Source: Candidatus Woykebacteria bacterium (GTDB lineage: Bacteria > Patescibacteriota > Microgenomatia > Woykebacterales > RBG-16-39-9b). From it: a stretch of DNA of 64,000 nt. The stretch is from NCBI GenBank assembly GCA_040876265.1, contig JBBDPN010000002.1, positions 100,818 to 164,817 of the forward strand. Direction: 5' to 3'. The notes beneath the pieces were generated by a model. That model worked only from the letters and a program-made list of their open reading frames with translations, was not told the origin of the DNA and ran no database searches. This document shows, in pieces, positions 9,542-18,752 of this stretch (positions are counted from its first letter, which is position 1; each line of letters starts with the position of its first letter). Both the position numbers and the translations under genes were made by a program.

Positions 9542-9724
9542 TTACATACCAGTCTGGCCGCCACTACTCTTATCACCGTTGTCTCCGCTTTCACCGCCTT
9601 CCTGGCCTTGTTCGCTGCCTTCGCCTTGGCCTTCGCCACCATTACCTTCCTTTTCCTCGCCATTATCATCTGATCCACCCGTTGCTGGGTTGTTTACATC
9701 TGGCATATCGTCCACAAACATCAC
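9542..9724 (-). CDS. Small acidic Gly-rich hypothetical protein
   Basis: AAGGAGGTG SD; low-complexity G/E/Q sequence. Confidence 0.55.
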   Translation of the reverse strand: MMFVDDMPDVNNPATGGSDDNGEEKEGNGGEGQGEGSEQGQEGGESGDNGDKSSGGQTGM

Positions 9725-9826
9725 CTCCTTTATAACTAGTTTATTATCTCAAAAAAGTGGGCAATTGCAACTATAACAATGGTTGTTAAATAACCCAAAT
9801 CACGTAGATGATATACTGGATCTTCC

Positions 9827-10375
9827 ATGAAAGATCTAGAAACAGCAACCCTGGCAGGAGGGTGCTTTTGGTGCACAGAAGCTGTCTTTAAAAGGTTAAG
9901 AGGGGTGATAAGGGTTCTCCCAGGGTATGCAGGAGGCGATGTAAAAAATCCCTCTTATGAGCAGGTTTCAGCAGGAACAACCGGTCACGCCGAAGCTGCC
10001 CAAATAAAATTTGACCCACAGGTGATTTCTTACGAGCAACTTCTCGAGGTATTTTTCAAACTTCACGATCCCACGCAAATGAATCGCCAAGGCAATGACG
10101 TGGGTAAGCAGTACCGATCGGCCATTTTTTATCACAACGAAAATCAAAAAAAGGCAGTTGAAGCAAAAATAAAAGCGTTGGAAATGAACCCAGATCTAAA
10201 AGGTAAAATAGTTACCCAAATAGAGCCTTTCCAATCTTTCTACGAAGCAGAAGATTATCACAAAGATTACTACGATAAAAATAAAACCGCTGGTTATTGC
10301 CAGGTGATAATCGATCCAAAAATCCACAAGCTTTACAAAGAATTTTCTGATCTAACGAAGGAAGGAGGTGACTAG
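9827..10375 (+). CDS. msrA: Peptide-methionine (S)-S-oxide reductase
   Basis: GGCFWC, TGHAE, RQGNDVG.QYRS and AEDYH motifs. Confidence 0.97.
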   Translation: MKDLETATLAGGCFWCTEAVFKRLRGVIRVLPGYAGGDVKNPSYEQVSAGTTGHAEAAQIKFDPQVISYEQLLEVFFKLHDPTQMNRQGNDVGKQYRSAIFYHNENQKKAVEAKIKALEMNPDLKGKIVTQIEPFQSFYEAEDYHKDYYDKNKTAGYCQVIIDPKIHKLYKEFSDLTKEGGD

Positions 10376-10377
10376 AT

Positions 10378-10578
10378 ATGAAATACACCATGCATTGTCC
10401 TGTAGAAACCTGCGAGCACGTCATGGAAGCTGATGCAGAAAACGATGACGAAGCTGTAGGAAAGCTCATCGCGGCTGGAGACGCTCATTTTGCAGAAGTT
10501 GGGCACCCAATGGATCAATCTATGACTCCTGAAATGAAAGATAAAATGACCAGCGAGCACATGCAAAAGGAAGGCTAA
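10378..10578 (+). CDS. DUF1059-like small metal-binding protein
   Basis: C-x4-C near the N-terminus, H-x5-H; AAGGAGGTG SD. Confidence 0.7.
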   Translation: MKYTMHCPVETCEHVMEADAENDDEAVGKLIAAGDAHFAEVGHPMDQSMTPEMKDKMTSEHMQKEG

Positions 10579-11204
10579 GATGTTCTTGCTGAAGCTTCAT
10601 TGAAGAGCGAGCCGCCTTTTATATACGCGTAAGCAAACGAGGCTAGTTCCAACACGAGAAAAACTCCTGCAAGGATACTCCAAATACTTATTCGCTGCAA
10701 AGCTGTGTGAAAAAGAATTAATAGTAAAGCCACGTAAACCAACCGGTGCAGGGGTTTCCACCACTTCCCCAGCCGCCGGACGCTGAAATTATTCGATGTA
10801 GCAAACATGAAAAACAAAATCATCAGTGCCGAAGAACCAAATATCTGAAAAAGTGGAATCATGATAGGTTCGATCCCCGCCAATTTGGGCAAAGTAACTA
10901 AATGGTAATGGGTGAAGGCGAGTAGAAAGACCAGTATTCCCAGTCTCCTTCGGTAAAGTGTAATGATTCGACTTATCTTAAATTCAATTCCAAGTCTTCC
11001 GATTATTCCGGGAGTAATCACAACCAAAAGTACAGAAAGCGCGGCTCTGCCAAACCACGCTCTCTTTACAGCAAAAAAATTGTAAATTTCCTGATCATTG
11101 TAAATTGAATACGCAGTAACAAGAACGACGCCAACTAACACTAGATACAATGCGTTGGTGAAGAGATGGACGACAGAACTGTTTCTCGCAAAAGCCTCAA
11201 ACAA
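10575..11204 (-). CDS. Ferric reductase-like transmembrane protein (MsrQ-like)
   Basis: RRRLG..., TSNNFSVRRLGKWWKPLHRLVY, heme-ligand His; in-frame upstream ATG at 11249 is cut off by TAA. Confidence 0.82.
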   Translation of the reverse strand: MFEAFARNSSVVHLFTNALYLVLVGVVLVTAYSIYNDQEIYNFFAVKRAWFGRAALSVLLVVITPGIIGRLGIEFKISRIITLYRRRLGILVFLLAFTHYHLVTLPKLAGIEPIMIPLFQIFGSSALMILFFMFATSNNFSVRRLGKWWKPLHRLVYVALLLILFHTALQRISIWSILAGVFLVLELASFAYAYIKGGSLFNEASARTS

Positions 11205-11384
11205 GCTATCTTGCCAAACTTACGGTTTATTTGGTGTGGAAGTACTCATCAGGAGAAATTATATCAAACTAGTTCGAAAACTTAGTTAAAAAAGTTCTGC
11301 CAACCGATCAAGGGCTTTTTACCAATACTCCTGCATTTTTTCGTACGTAAGTCAAAATTTACAACTTCTTGTATACTTTTAAAC

Positions 11385-11837
11385 ATGCAAAGTAATGCGA
11401 AGACAGTAGAGGAATACATTTCTTCCCTTACAGCTGAACGGGCTGAAGCAATAAAAAAAGTGCGCGAAGTTATTCTAAAAAATCTACCTCCTGGCTATGA
11501 AGAAAATATGAATTGGGGAATGATCAGCTACGAAATCCCTCTATCGAAATTTTCTGACACTTATAACAAACAGCCTTTAGGTATCGTTGCTCTTGCCTCG
11601 CAAAAACAGCATATGTCAGTGTATCTCATGAGTATATACGCGGATCCAAAGATGGAGAAGTGGTTTACGGATGAATATAAAAAATCTGGAAAAAGGATGG
11701 ATATAGGTAAATCTTGTGTGAGATTTCGCAAACTGGAAAACCTCCCGCTTGATCTTATTGGCAAAGCGATAGCAAAATCTCCTTCTCCTGATGATTACAT
11801 CTCATTCTACAAAAAAAGCAGGGGGTTACGTAAGTGA
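11385..11837 (+). CDS. DUF1801 (YdhG-like) protein
   Basis: TVEEYI, PPGYEE.MNWGMISY, DIGKSCVRFRK motifs. Confidence 0.85.
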   Translation: MQSNAKTVEEYISSLTAERAEAIKKVREVILKNLPPGYEENMNWGMISYEIPLSKFSDTYNKQPLGIVALASQKQHMSVYLMSIYADPKMEKWFTDEYKKSGKRMDIGKSCVRFRKLENLPLDLIGKAIAKSPSPDDYISFYKKSRGLRK

Positions 11838-12826
11838 CCACCTTTATATTTTTTCTCCTTGGTCTTGCTATTCTTATCAAAGGTGCTGACTATCTTGTAG
11901 ACGGAGCCTCCTCTGTATCTTTAAAACTAAAGATAAGTCCTTTGGTAATTGGTCTCACCGTAGTCGCTTTTGGTACCTCTGCTCCAGAACTTGTGGTTTC
12001 GGTACTCAGCGCCCTGCGTGGTAGCACACAACTAGCCTTGGGTAACGCCGTAGGATCCAACATCTTCAATATCCTGGTAGTTTTGGGTTTGGCAGCGATA
12101 GTTTATCCCCTGACTGTCCAAAAAAGTACTGTTTGGAAAGAAATTCCAATGTCTTTCCTAGCGGCCGTGGTGCTTACTGTTCTAGGAGTGCAAGTCTTAC
12201 TAGACGAAAAGGCTTTTTCTCCTCTTTTGAAGGCTCTCAATTCTCCAGAAATAATCGGTGGTATTACCCTCAGTAATGGTCTGATACTTCTATTCTTTTT
12301 CATAATTTTTCTTTACTACACGTTTGGGATGGCCAAAGAAAATGCGGATGAAGAAAGCACTATAAAGGAGGCGAGCATCCCTAAATCTGTTTTTTGGATA
12401 TTCTTGGGGCTAATCGGTTTGGCACTTGGGAGCGGTTTGGCGGTGGAAAATGCCGTAACTATTGCTAAAAATCTGGGAGTTAGTGAGAGCTTGATTGGTC
12501 TTACCCTACTGGCGGTTGGTACCAGTTTGCCCGAACTTTTTACCAGTATATCAGCAGCTTTGAAGAAAAACACTGATATTGCAGTGGGCAATGTCGTGGG
12601 TTCCAATATTTTTAATATTATGCTGGTACTGGGGATCACTTCCCTTATTCACCCTATCCCCTTGAGCGGGCAAAATCTAGTGGATATCCTAGTGCTTTTT
12701 GGGGCTACGCTGCTGTTATTTGCGGCTCTTTTTGTAATCGGGAAACACAAAATTACCCGAGTGGAGGGTGCCTTGATGTTTACCTCTTACCTAGCATATC
12801 TAGGTTTTCTCATTTATAGAGGTTGA
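11834..12826 (+). CDS. Calcium/sodium antiporter (CaCA, YrbG family)
   Basis: Two alpha repeats, GTSAPEL/GSNIFN and GTSLPEL/GSNIFN. Confidence 0.95.
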   Translation: MTTFIFFLLGLAILIKGADYLVDGASSVSLKLKISPLVIGLTVVAFGTSAPELVVSVLSALRGSTQLALGNAVGSNIFNILVVLGLAAIVYPLTVQKSTVWKEIPMSFLAAVVLTVLGVQVLLDEKAFSPLLKALNSPEIIGGITLSNGLILLFFFIIFLYYTFGMAKENADEESTIKEASIPKSVFWIFLGLIGLALGSGLAVENAVTIAKNLGVSESLIGLTLLAVGTSLPELFTSISAALKKNTDIAVGNVVGSNIFNIMLVLGITSLIHPIPLSGQNLVDILVLFGATLLLFAALFVIGKHKITRVEGALMFTSYLAYLGFLIYRG

Positions 12827-12844
12827 CTACAAATCGTTAAAAAT

Positions 12845-13054
12845 TTATTTCCTTGCTGCTGGAGGTTTCTTGCGGTTGCTAAAATACTGACGACGGGCTT
12901 CTTTGGCAGCAAGCTGTTCTTCAACCTTTTTTTGGCAATCTTTATCTGGGCAAACGAAAAGAGTTATCTTCACCACTGAAGAGTTTAGAACCATAGTCTT
13001 TTCGCTTGCTTTTACACGCTCTTTACCACACCGAATACACAGGGTTGCCTTCAT
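12845..13054 (-). CDS. Small Zn-ribbon hypothetical protein
   Basis: CIRCGK...CPDKDCQKKVE. Confidence 0.75.
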   Translation of the reverse strand: MKATLCIRCGKERVKASEKTMVLNSSVVKITLFVCPDKDCQKKVEEQLAAKEARRQYFSNRKKPPAARK

Positions 13055-13095
13055 AGGTATATTTCTCGGTGGGCAGGTAACCAAGAACCTTTAGT

Positions 13096-13407
13096 TTAGT
13101 ATCTACGACCGCCGCCTCGACGATCTGGACCACGCTGGTTAAAACCGCCTGGTCGCTCTTCCCTAGGTCGGGCTTCATTTACAACGATGGTGCGTCCAGA
13201 AAGCTCTTTACCATTTAATTGCTCTACTGCTTTCTGAGCGTCTTCATCGCTTGCCATCTCAACAAAGCCAAAACCCTTTGAATTGCCGCTGAATTTATCT
13301 GTTATTAAATTTACAGACTCCACAGCCCCGACAGAAGAAAATAGCTCTTCCAGTTGGTCCTGGGTAACTTCATAAGCTAGGGAACCGACAAATAGTCGCT
13401 TAGCCAT
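13096..13407 (-). CDS. RRM RNA-binding protein
   Basis: LFVGSL (RNP2), KGFGFVEM (RNP1), Gly/Arg tail. Confidence 0.95.
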   Translation of the reverse strand: MAKRLFVGSLAYEVTQDQLEELFSSVGAVESVNLITDKFSGNSKGFGFVEMASDEDAQKAVEQLNGKELSGRTIVVNEARPREERPGGFNQRGPDRRGGGRRY

Positions 13408-13555
13408 ATTTTCCTTTCTAGCAAGATTCACACATCTGCCAAGCGCCCAACTTCTTCTTCTGGAGAACAGAGAGTAGAGAAATTAAGGAAATTGTAATGG
13501 AAGCATTATACCACAATCGTCTAAATATTGGTGGGAAGCGGAGGTTGAAAGAGGC

Positions 13556-13741
13556 TTAACCTTGCCCGTCACCAACGTCCTGGCCTTCTTGATTTTCTCC
13601 ATTTTGACCTACCTCTACGTGATTTTCTCCTGGTACAGATGGGGCGTCAGGATGGGTTTCTTTGTGGTGACCATCTACTTCTTCGGGACTTTTGAAAACT
13701 TTGGTACCACAGGTTTTACAGGCTAAAGACCTATCCAGCAT
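13556..13741 (-). CDS. Small C2H2-like hypothetical protein
   Basis: CKTC...HHKETH; AGGAGGTG SD. Confidence 0.6.
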   Translation of the reverse strand: MLDRSLACKTCGTKVFKSPEEVDGHHKETHPDAPSVPGENHVEVGQNGENQEGQDVGDGQG

Positions 13742-13835
13742 ATACTTCACCTCCTGTTTTAATTATAGCCTAAATATTAAAATGGCTTTGAAGCGTAGAG
13801 GAAGATAGGCTCTCTTACTTGGTTTGCTATTGTTT

Positions 13836-14033
13836 TCAGGCAAGCTTTACGTTTTTTGCACTTGGGCCTTTGTCGCCATCCACAACATCAAACTCAACGG
13901 CGGCTCCTTCTTGAAGCTCGTCAAAAGTAACGCCATTTAAATCGTTTGAGTGGAAGAAAAGATCTTTTTCTTCACCTTCACGAGAAATAAATCCGTAGCC
14001 TTTATCTGTTTTTGTTTTGACTGTTCCGTTCAT
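13836..14033 (-). CDS. Cold shock domain protein
   Basis: GTVK, KGYGFI, DLFFH motifs; AAAGGAGG SD. Confidence 0.95.
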   Translation of the reverse strand: MNGTVKTKTDKGYGFISREGEEKDLFFHSNDLNGVTFDELQEGAAVEFDVVDGDKGPSAKNVKLA

Positions 14034-14111
14034 ATGGTACCTCCTTTCGTTCCTTATTATAAAGTATCCAGGGGTAATTACCAAATTTTAAGGGAACGCA
14101 GCTAATATTCG

Positions 14112-14186
14112 TGGCTCCCCGGGCAGGATTCGAACCTGCAACCTTGAAGTTAACAGCTTCCTGCTCTACCATTGAGCTACCGGGGA
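14112..14186 (-). tRNA. tRNA-Asn(GTT)
   Basis: Cloverleaf TCCCCGG...CTGTTAA...GGTTCGAATCC...GCCA. Confidence 0.96.
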
Positions 14187-14419
14187 ATAATGGACTTCAA
14201 AAATTCTTTACCTATTCCGCTTTTTAGATATTTCTCTCTTTTCCTTGCTTGCAAACGAGTTGCTGTTTCCTCTTTATACAAAATTTTCCACGGTCTGTAA
14301 CCTTTTGTTGAAAATACTCTTCCCAAATTATGTTCTCTTATTCTTCTGCCCAAATTCGTGGTGAAACCAACGTAAATCCTTCCGTCTTTTTCACTTATTA
14401 AACCATAAACTGTAACCAT
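14177..14419 (-). CDS. Small stand-alone GIY-YIG nuclease
   Basis: VYGL...IYVG.T.NL.RR..EHN, REKYLKSG.G; its TAG stop lies inside the 5' end of tRNA-Asn. Confidence 0.92.
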   Translation of the reverse strand: MVTVYGLISEKDGRIYVGFTTNLGRRIREHNLGRVFSTKGYRPWKILYKEETATRLQARKREKYLKSGIGKEFLKSIIPR

Positions 14420-14438
14420 AGTTTACAGCTTCCTGCTC

Positions 14439-14458
14439 CCTGCCTACCGACAGGCAGG
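14439..14458. repeat. REP-like palindrome CCTGCCT-N-CAGGCAGG
   Basis: cctgcctaccgacaggcagg; related copy at 29362-29386. Confidence 0.8.
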
Positions 14459-14467
14459 TACCATTGA

Positions 14468-14485
14468 TCCGCCGGCTGGTGGAGA
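14468..14485. repeat. REP-like palindrome TCCGCC-N-GGYGGA with GA duplication
   Basis: ga-tccgccggctggtgga-ga replaces a single ga of the tRNA D-arm. Confidence 0.75.
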
Positions 14486-14609
14486 GCTACCGGGGAACGC
14501 GAATTGCTATTTTAGCATTTTACACCAACCTATTCAAGCCTTAGCCATTTTAACTGTTTACTTTTTCCTCTATCTTTGCTAAAGTGGGCCCCAGCAAAGG
14601 AAGGGCTTT

Positions 14610-15131
14610 ATGAACAAAGTATTCGGAAAGCTGATCGACTTTATTTCCCCACCTACTCTTGTTTACGCTCATTGCGATATTCCTTGCGGAATTTATGACC
14701 CGCACAACGCCCAAATGGCTGCTCACACCGTAATCCGTATGACGACTCTTATCAACGAGCTTCCAGAGCCAAAACCGGATTGGAAAAAGAAAGAGGCTGA
14801 CAGCTGGGCCCACAAACTTTCCAGATACACATCTGTCAAAGAAGAGCACGCCGAACTAGTGAACCGGGAGATAAGAATTTTGTGGGCTGACTACTTTAAA
14901 CCCGAGCATCTGAATAAACATCCAAAACTGCACGAAATAGTCTGGAATATCCTGAAAACCGCATCAAAAGCTAGACAAGAGGTGGATATCCAAGTGGCCG
15001 ATAAACTACTAGACGAGGTTAACACTCTAGCAGAAATTTTTTGGCAGACAAAAAATATGGGGCACACAAAATTCAGAGCGCCTTACCCTACCGAAAGAGA
15101 AACAGTGTACCCAACTTCGAAGAAAAATTGA
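14610..15131 (+). CDS. sodN: Nickel superoxide dismutase precursor
   Basis: Leader followed by Ni-hook HCDIPCGIYDP; LWADYFKPEH. Confidence 0.96.
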   Translation: MNKVFGKLIDFISPPTLVYAHCDIPCGIYDPHNAQMAAHTVIRMTTLINELPEPKPDWKKKEADSWAHKLSRYTSVKEEHAELVNREIRILWADYFKPEHLNKHPKLHEIVWNILKTASKARQEVDIQVADKLLDEVNTLAEIFWQTKNMGHTKFRAPYPTERETVYPTSKKN

Positions 15132-15134
15132 TTT

Positions 15135-15428
15135 ATGCTACCTATCAGAAGCTTTATCGTCAAAGGTCACAGTATGCAGCCGAGCCTCTCTGAAGGCGAT
15201 CACATTTTGGTAAACAAGTGGGCTTATTTGTTTTCCAGACCAAAAGTTGGAGATGTCGTAGTCTTCAAAAGTATAAACGAGGGTAAGTATATTCTAAAAC
15301 GGATCCAAAAAATTGCTACCCAGGGATTAATTGTCAGGGGCGATAACAAAGTAGACAGCGCTGATAGTAGTTTCTTTGGAATTATTAAGCCAGAACAAGT
15401 ACTGGGTAGGTTTTTAACCAAATATTAA
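15135..15428 (+). CDS. sodX: NiSOD maturation protease (S26-like)
   Basis: V.G.SM.PSL..GD, LKRI, GDN..DSADS..FG; immediately downstream of sodN. Confidence 0.9.
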   Translation: MLPIRSFIVKGHSMQPSLSEGDHILVNKWAYLFSRPKVGDVVVFKSINEGKYILKRIQKIATQGLIVRGDNKVDSADSSFFGIIKPEQVLGRFLTKY

Positions 15429-15429
15429 A

Positions 15430-15690
15430 ATGAAGTTAAAGATTAGTAGAGTACGGCTCTTTGAATTTTTTATTGTCGGTTTGCTGCTTGGTGTGATCGA
15501 AGATCTACTTGCTATTTGGCTGGCTACTGATTCAATGATCGATTTACGAGTAATATTAATTGCCGCCTTGGTAGCTCTTCCCTTTGCGTTTGTGAGTGAG
15601 ATAGTTGTTGATCTCCGTCACTTACCAGCGGGCTTGAAGAGATTTCTAAAAATGGAAGAAGAGAGTATTTTCAAGAGACTAAAATTTTAG
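15430..15690 (+). CDS. Small membrane hypothetical protein
   Basis: Two TM segments; operonic with sodN-sodX. Confidence 0.75.
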   Translation: MKLKISRVRLFEFFIVGLLLGVIEDLLAIWLATDSMIDLRVILIAALVALPFAFVSEIVVDLRHLPAGLKRFLKMEEESIFKRLKF

Positions 15691-15691
15691 C

Positions 15692-15715
15692 CCGCCTTCG
15701 CTAAAGCTTCGGCGG
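15692..15715. repeat. GAA/GAA-zipper hairpin repeat
   Basis: Minus strand ccgcc-gaa-gc-ttta-gc-gaa-ggcgg; same core at 25072-25099, degenerate at 24988-25020. Confidence 0.75.
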
Positions 15716-15729
15716 ATTTGCGCTGCGTT

Positions 15730-15933
15730 TCAACAAAATTCGCAGGTCAGGGCCTTACCTTCTTTTTTCTTCTGCTCTACTCTTGGCCCCGCGTCGCAGC
15801 AAGCATCACAACAAAAATGTCCGTCTTCTTTTCGAACGCCTTCACCGGGTGCAAGTTTTTTGCCACAGTTTGGGCAAGTCTTTCCGTCAGCTAACGGATT
15901 TTCTTTTGTGTCGGTTCCGCCAAAAAAACCCAT
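15730..15933 (-). CDS. Small Cys-rich metal-binding protein
   Basis: CPNC, HFCCDACC and CEFC in 67 aa. Confidence 0.7.
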   Translation of the reverse strand: MGFFGGTDTKENPLADGKTCPNCGKKLAPGEGVRKEDGHFCCDACCDAGPRVEQKKKEGKALTCEFC

Positions 15934-16006
15934 ATTAAATTTATATTACCTGTATGTATTGAATACTGTCAAATCTCCATTACAACTAACCTAGCAATAC
16001 ATTATA

Positions 16007-18712
16007 ATGAACTCAGAGGATGCTGCCTTGAAAGAAACCGATCATCTATATTCCCTAACAAAAGAAGGCTTATTCGAAAGATTTGAAACGAGTGGTGATG
16101 GTCTTTCTGACCAAGAGGTCTCTCGCCGCCTGGAACAATATGGCCAAAATAAGCTTTCGGAAAAGAAACGTATTTCCCCGTTGGAAATTTTTGCCGGGCA
16201 ATTCAAAAATTTTCTGATAATTATTCTACTTGTGGCTGCAGCGCTGACTTTTCTTGTTTTCTTTTTCGGCGATCAAGAGCGTTCAGACCTCATCGAGGGC
16301 TCTTTAATACTTGCAATCATTCTAATGATTGCTGTTCTAGGATTCATCCAAGAATATCGGGCTGAAAAAGCTATTGATGCTTTAAAAAAACTTTTGGCGT
16401 TTAAAGCCCAGGTGTGGCGTGGTGGAAAGGAGATGGAGATTGATACCGTAGGTCTAGTACCAGGAGATCTTGTGGTTCTTGAGGAGGGAGGGAAAATTCC
16501 AGCCGACATTCGACTGGTAGAAGTGGCTAGTTTGCAAACCAATGAAGCATCTTTGACTGGTGAATCCGCTCCGATCACGAAACAGATAGATACTTTATCC
16601 GGAGACCTTCAGATTGCTGACCAAAAAAATATGGTTTTCTCAGGAACTGCCATTACGAGTGGTCGTGGCCTGGGAGTGGTCGTGGCCACAGGCGATCGAA
16701 CCCAAATTGGCAAAATTGCTCAGTCTGTAGCTGAAACAAAGGAGGAACAAACCCCCATCCAAATTCGTTTGGACAAACTAGCAAAAATTTTAGGGCTCAT
16801 CACTCTTGCTGTAAGCATCGTCGTGTTTATTTTTATATTATTTTTTGCGAAGGACCTCGCCCACTTAGACCTAGTAGACAAAATGCTCACCGCTTTTATT
16901 GCCTCAGTTGCCTTGGCCGTGGCCGCCATACCAGAGGGCCTACCGGCAGTGGTGACTATTTCTTTAGCTTTTGGGACCCAGAGAATGCTAAAGAAAAATG
17001 CGCTGGTGAGGAAGCTCGCCAGCATCGAAACTCTCGGTAGTGTCGACGTGATTTGTGCCGATAAAACCGGCACGCTGACTCGAGGTGAAATGACGGTCAG
17101 ACAAATTTATTTTGATGGTAACAGTATTTCGGTTTTGGGGCATGGTTATGACACCAAGGGTGATTTCATTTTTGATGGGAAGAAATCAAATCCAAAGGAA
17201 CTTTCCCCCATCCTTTTAGCTGGTCTCGCCTGCAATAACGCGGCTCTTACCGAAAAGGGAACTATATTAGGCGATCCTACTGAAGCAGCCTTAGTAGTTT
17301 CTGCCGACAAAGCTGGTTTAAGCAAAAAGCCTGAGCGAATCTTTGAAATTCCATTTAGCTCTGAGAGGAAAAAGATGAGTGTTGCTGTAAAAGAAGGTTC
17401 GGGCGTTACAGTTTATGCCAAGGGTGCTCCCGAAGTAATTTTGTCAGCCAGCAAATATTTACTATCGGGAGGTAAAGAAATCCCTCTGACACAAAGCGAA
17501 AAAAGCAAGATTCTCAAAGAAAATTCAGACCTGGCGCACAAAGCTTTACGTGTACTAGGATTTGCTTATAAAAAGGTGGGGTCGCTAGACAAAAAAACAA
17601 TGGAGGAAGAATTGGTATTTCTAGGCCTCCAAGGTATGATGGATCCTCCGCGAGAAAATATCCAGTCTTTGATAAAACAAACGACAGAAAACGGGATTGA
17701 TGTGGTAATGATTACCGGTGATCATTTAGCTACCGCTACTGCTGTCGCTCGCGAAATAGGTATAGAGGGGGCATCAATCACTGGAAGTGATTTCGAGAAG
17801 CTTTCCGATGAAGAGTTTTCCAAAAGAGTCGAGAAAATAAAAATCTACGCTCGGGTGAACCCAGAGCATAAATTTAGGATTGTCGAAACACTTAAGAAGA
17901 ACGGACACTTAGTAGCGATGACCGGTGATGGTGTAAACGACGCGCCAGCACTCAAACGGGCCGACATCGGCGTGGCCATGGGTATTACCGGTACCGATGT
18001 CGCCAAAGAAGCCAGTGATATGGTGCTTCTGGATGATAAATTTGACACGATAGTAGCCGCCATAGAAGAAGGGCGGGGTATTTTCCACAATATTCGCAAA
18101 TTTGTAGATTATCTACTCTCCTGTAACGTGGGTGAAGTATTTGTCGTCTTTCTAGCTTTAATAATTTTTCAAGATGTCATCCTTACAGCTGTAATGCTTC
18201 TTTGGATCAATATTGTTACCGACGGAATCCCAGCGGTAGCTTTGGGTCTAGATCCTGCTGAAAAAGGGATTTTGAAATACTCTCCGAAAAAATTTCAAGA
18301 GCAAATAATAAATAGGAGGGTTTGGTTGGAAATAATTTTCTTTTCTATTACGTTAACCATAACCACCCTAGTTTTGTTTAGTATTAACCTTGGCGAAAGT
18401 TTGGAAGAAGCCAGAGCCGCAGCTTTTATAGCGATAGTAATTTTTGAACTTGTCCGGCTGATAAATATACGAAGTGACTACAAAATCCCTTGGACCCAAA
18501 ATCTGTTTTTACCGATCTCAATAGTCATAGCAGTTTTACTCCAGCTCACCATAGTTTATGTACCTCTTTTCTCAAGTTGGTTTGAACTCACTCCAATAGA
18601 TACTTTTGATTGGATTTATATCGTAGTTGTTGGGGTTGTCCTTTATTTTGCTTTTAGGATCTTCGACGGTTTCCTAGATAGAAATTTAGAAACTTCGGTG
18701 GAAAGATTATAA
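16007..18712 (+). CDS. P2-type cation (Ca2+)-transporting ATPase
   Basis: TGES, IPEGLP, DKTGTLT, KGAPE and TGDGVND motifs. Confidence 0.96.
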   Translation: MNSEDAALKETDHLYSLTKEGLFERFETSGDGLSDQEVSRRLEQYGQNKLSEKKRISPLEIFAGQFKNFLIIILLVAAALTFLVFFFGDQERSDLIEGSLILAIILMIAVLGFIQEYRAEKAIDALKKLLAFKAQVWRGGKEMEIDTVGLVPGDLVVLEEGGKIPADIRLVEVASLQTNEASLTGESAPITKQIDTLSGDLQIADQKNMVFSGTAITSGRGLGVVVATGDRTQIGKIAQSVAETKEEQTPIQIRLDKLAKILGLITLAVSIVVFIFILFFAKDLAHLDLVDKMLTAFIASVALAVAAIPEGLPAVVTISLAFGTQRMLKKNALVRKLASIETLGSVDVICADKTGTLTRGEMTVRQIYFDGNSISVLGHGYDTKGDFIFDGKKSNPKELSPILLAGLACNNAALTEKGTILGDPTEAALVVSADKAGLSKKPERIFEIPFSSERKKMSVAVKEGSGVTVYAKGAPEVILSASKYLLSGGKEIPLTQSEKSKILKENSDLAHKALRVLGFAYKKVGSLDKKTMEEELVFLGLQGMMDPPRENIQSLIKQTTENGIDVVMITGDHLATATAVAREIGIEGASITGSDFEKLSDEEFSKRVEKIKIYARVNPEHKFRIVETLKKNGHLVAMTGDGVNDAPALKRADIGVAMGITGTDVAKEASDMVLLDDKFDTIVAAIEEGRGIFHNIRKFVDYLLSCNVGEVFVVFLALIIFQDVILTAVMLLWINIVTDGIPAVALGLDPAEKGILKYSPKKFQEQIINRRVWLEIIFFSITLTITTLVLFSINLGESLEEARAAAFIAIVIFELVRLINIRSDYKIPWTQNLFLPISIVIAVLLQLTIVYVPLFSSWFELTPIDTFDWIYIVVVGVVLYFAFRIFDGFLDRNLETSVERL

Positions 18713-18752
18713 CTCCTCTTACCCGCTAGCTTCTTTTGTGATATAAATATTA

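Larger units (their letters stand above)
14420..14496 (-). pseudogene. Duplicated 5' half of tRNA-Asn carrying two palindromic insertions
   Basis: Matches the intact tRNA 5' end to the anticodon arm once 14439-14458 and 14468-14485 are removed. Confidence 0.9.
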
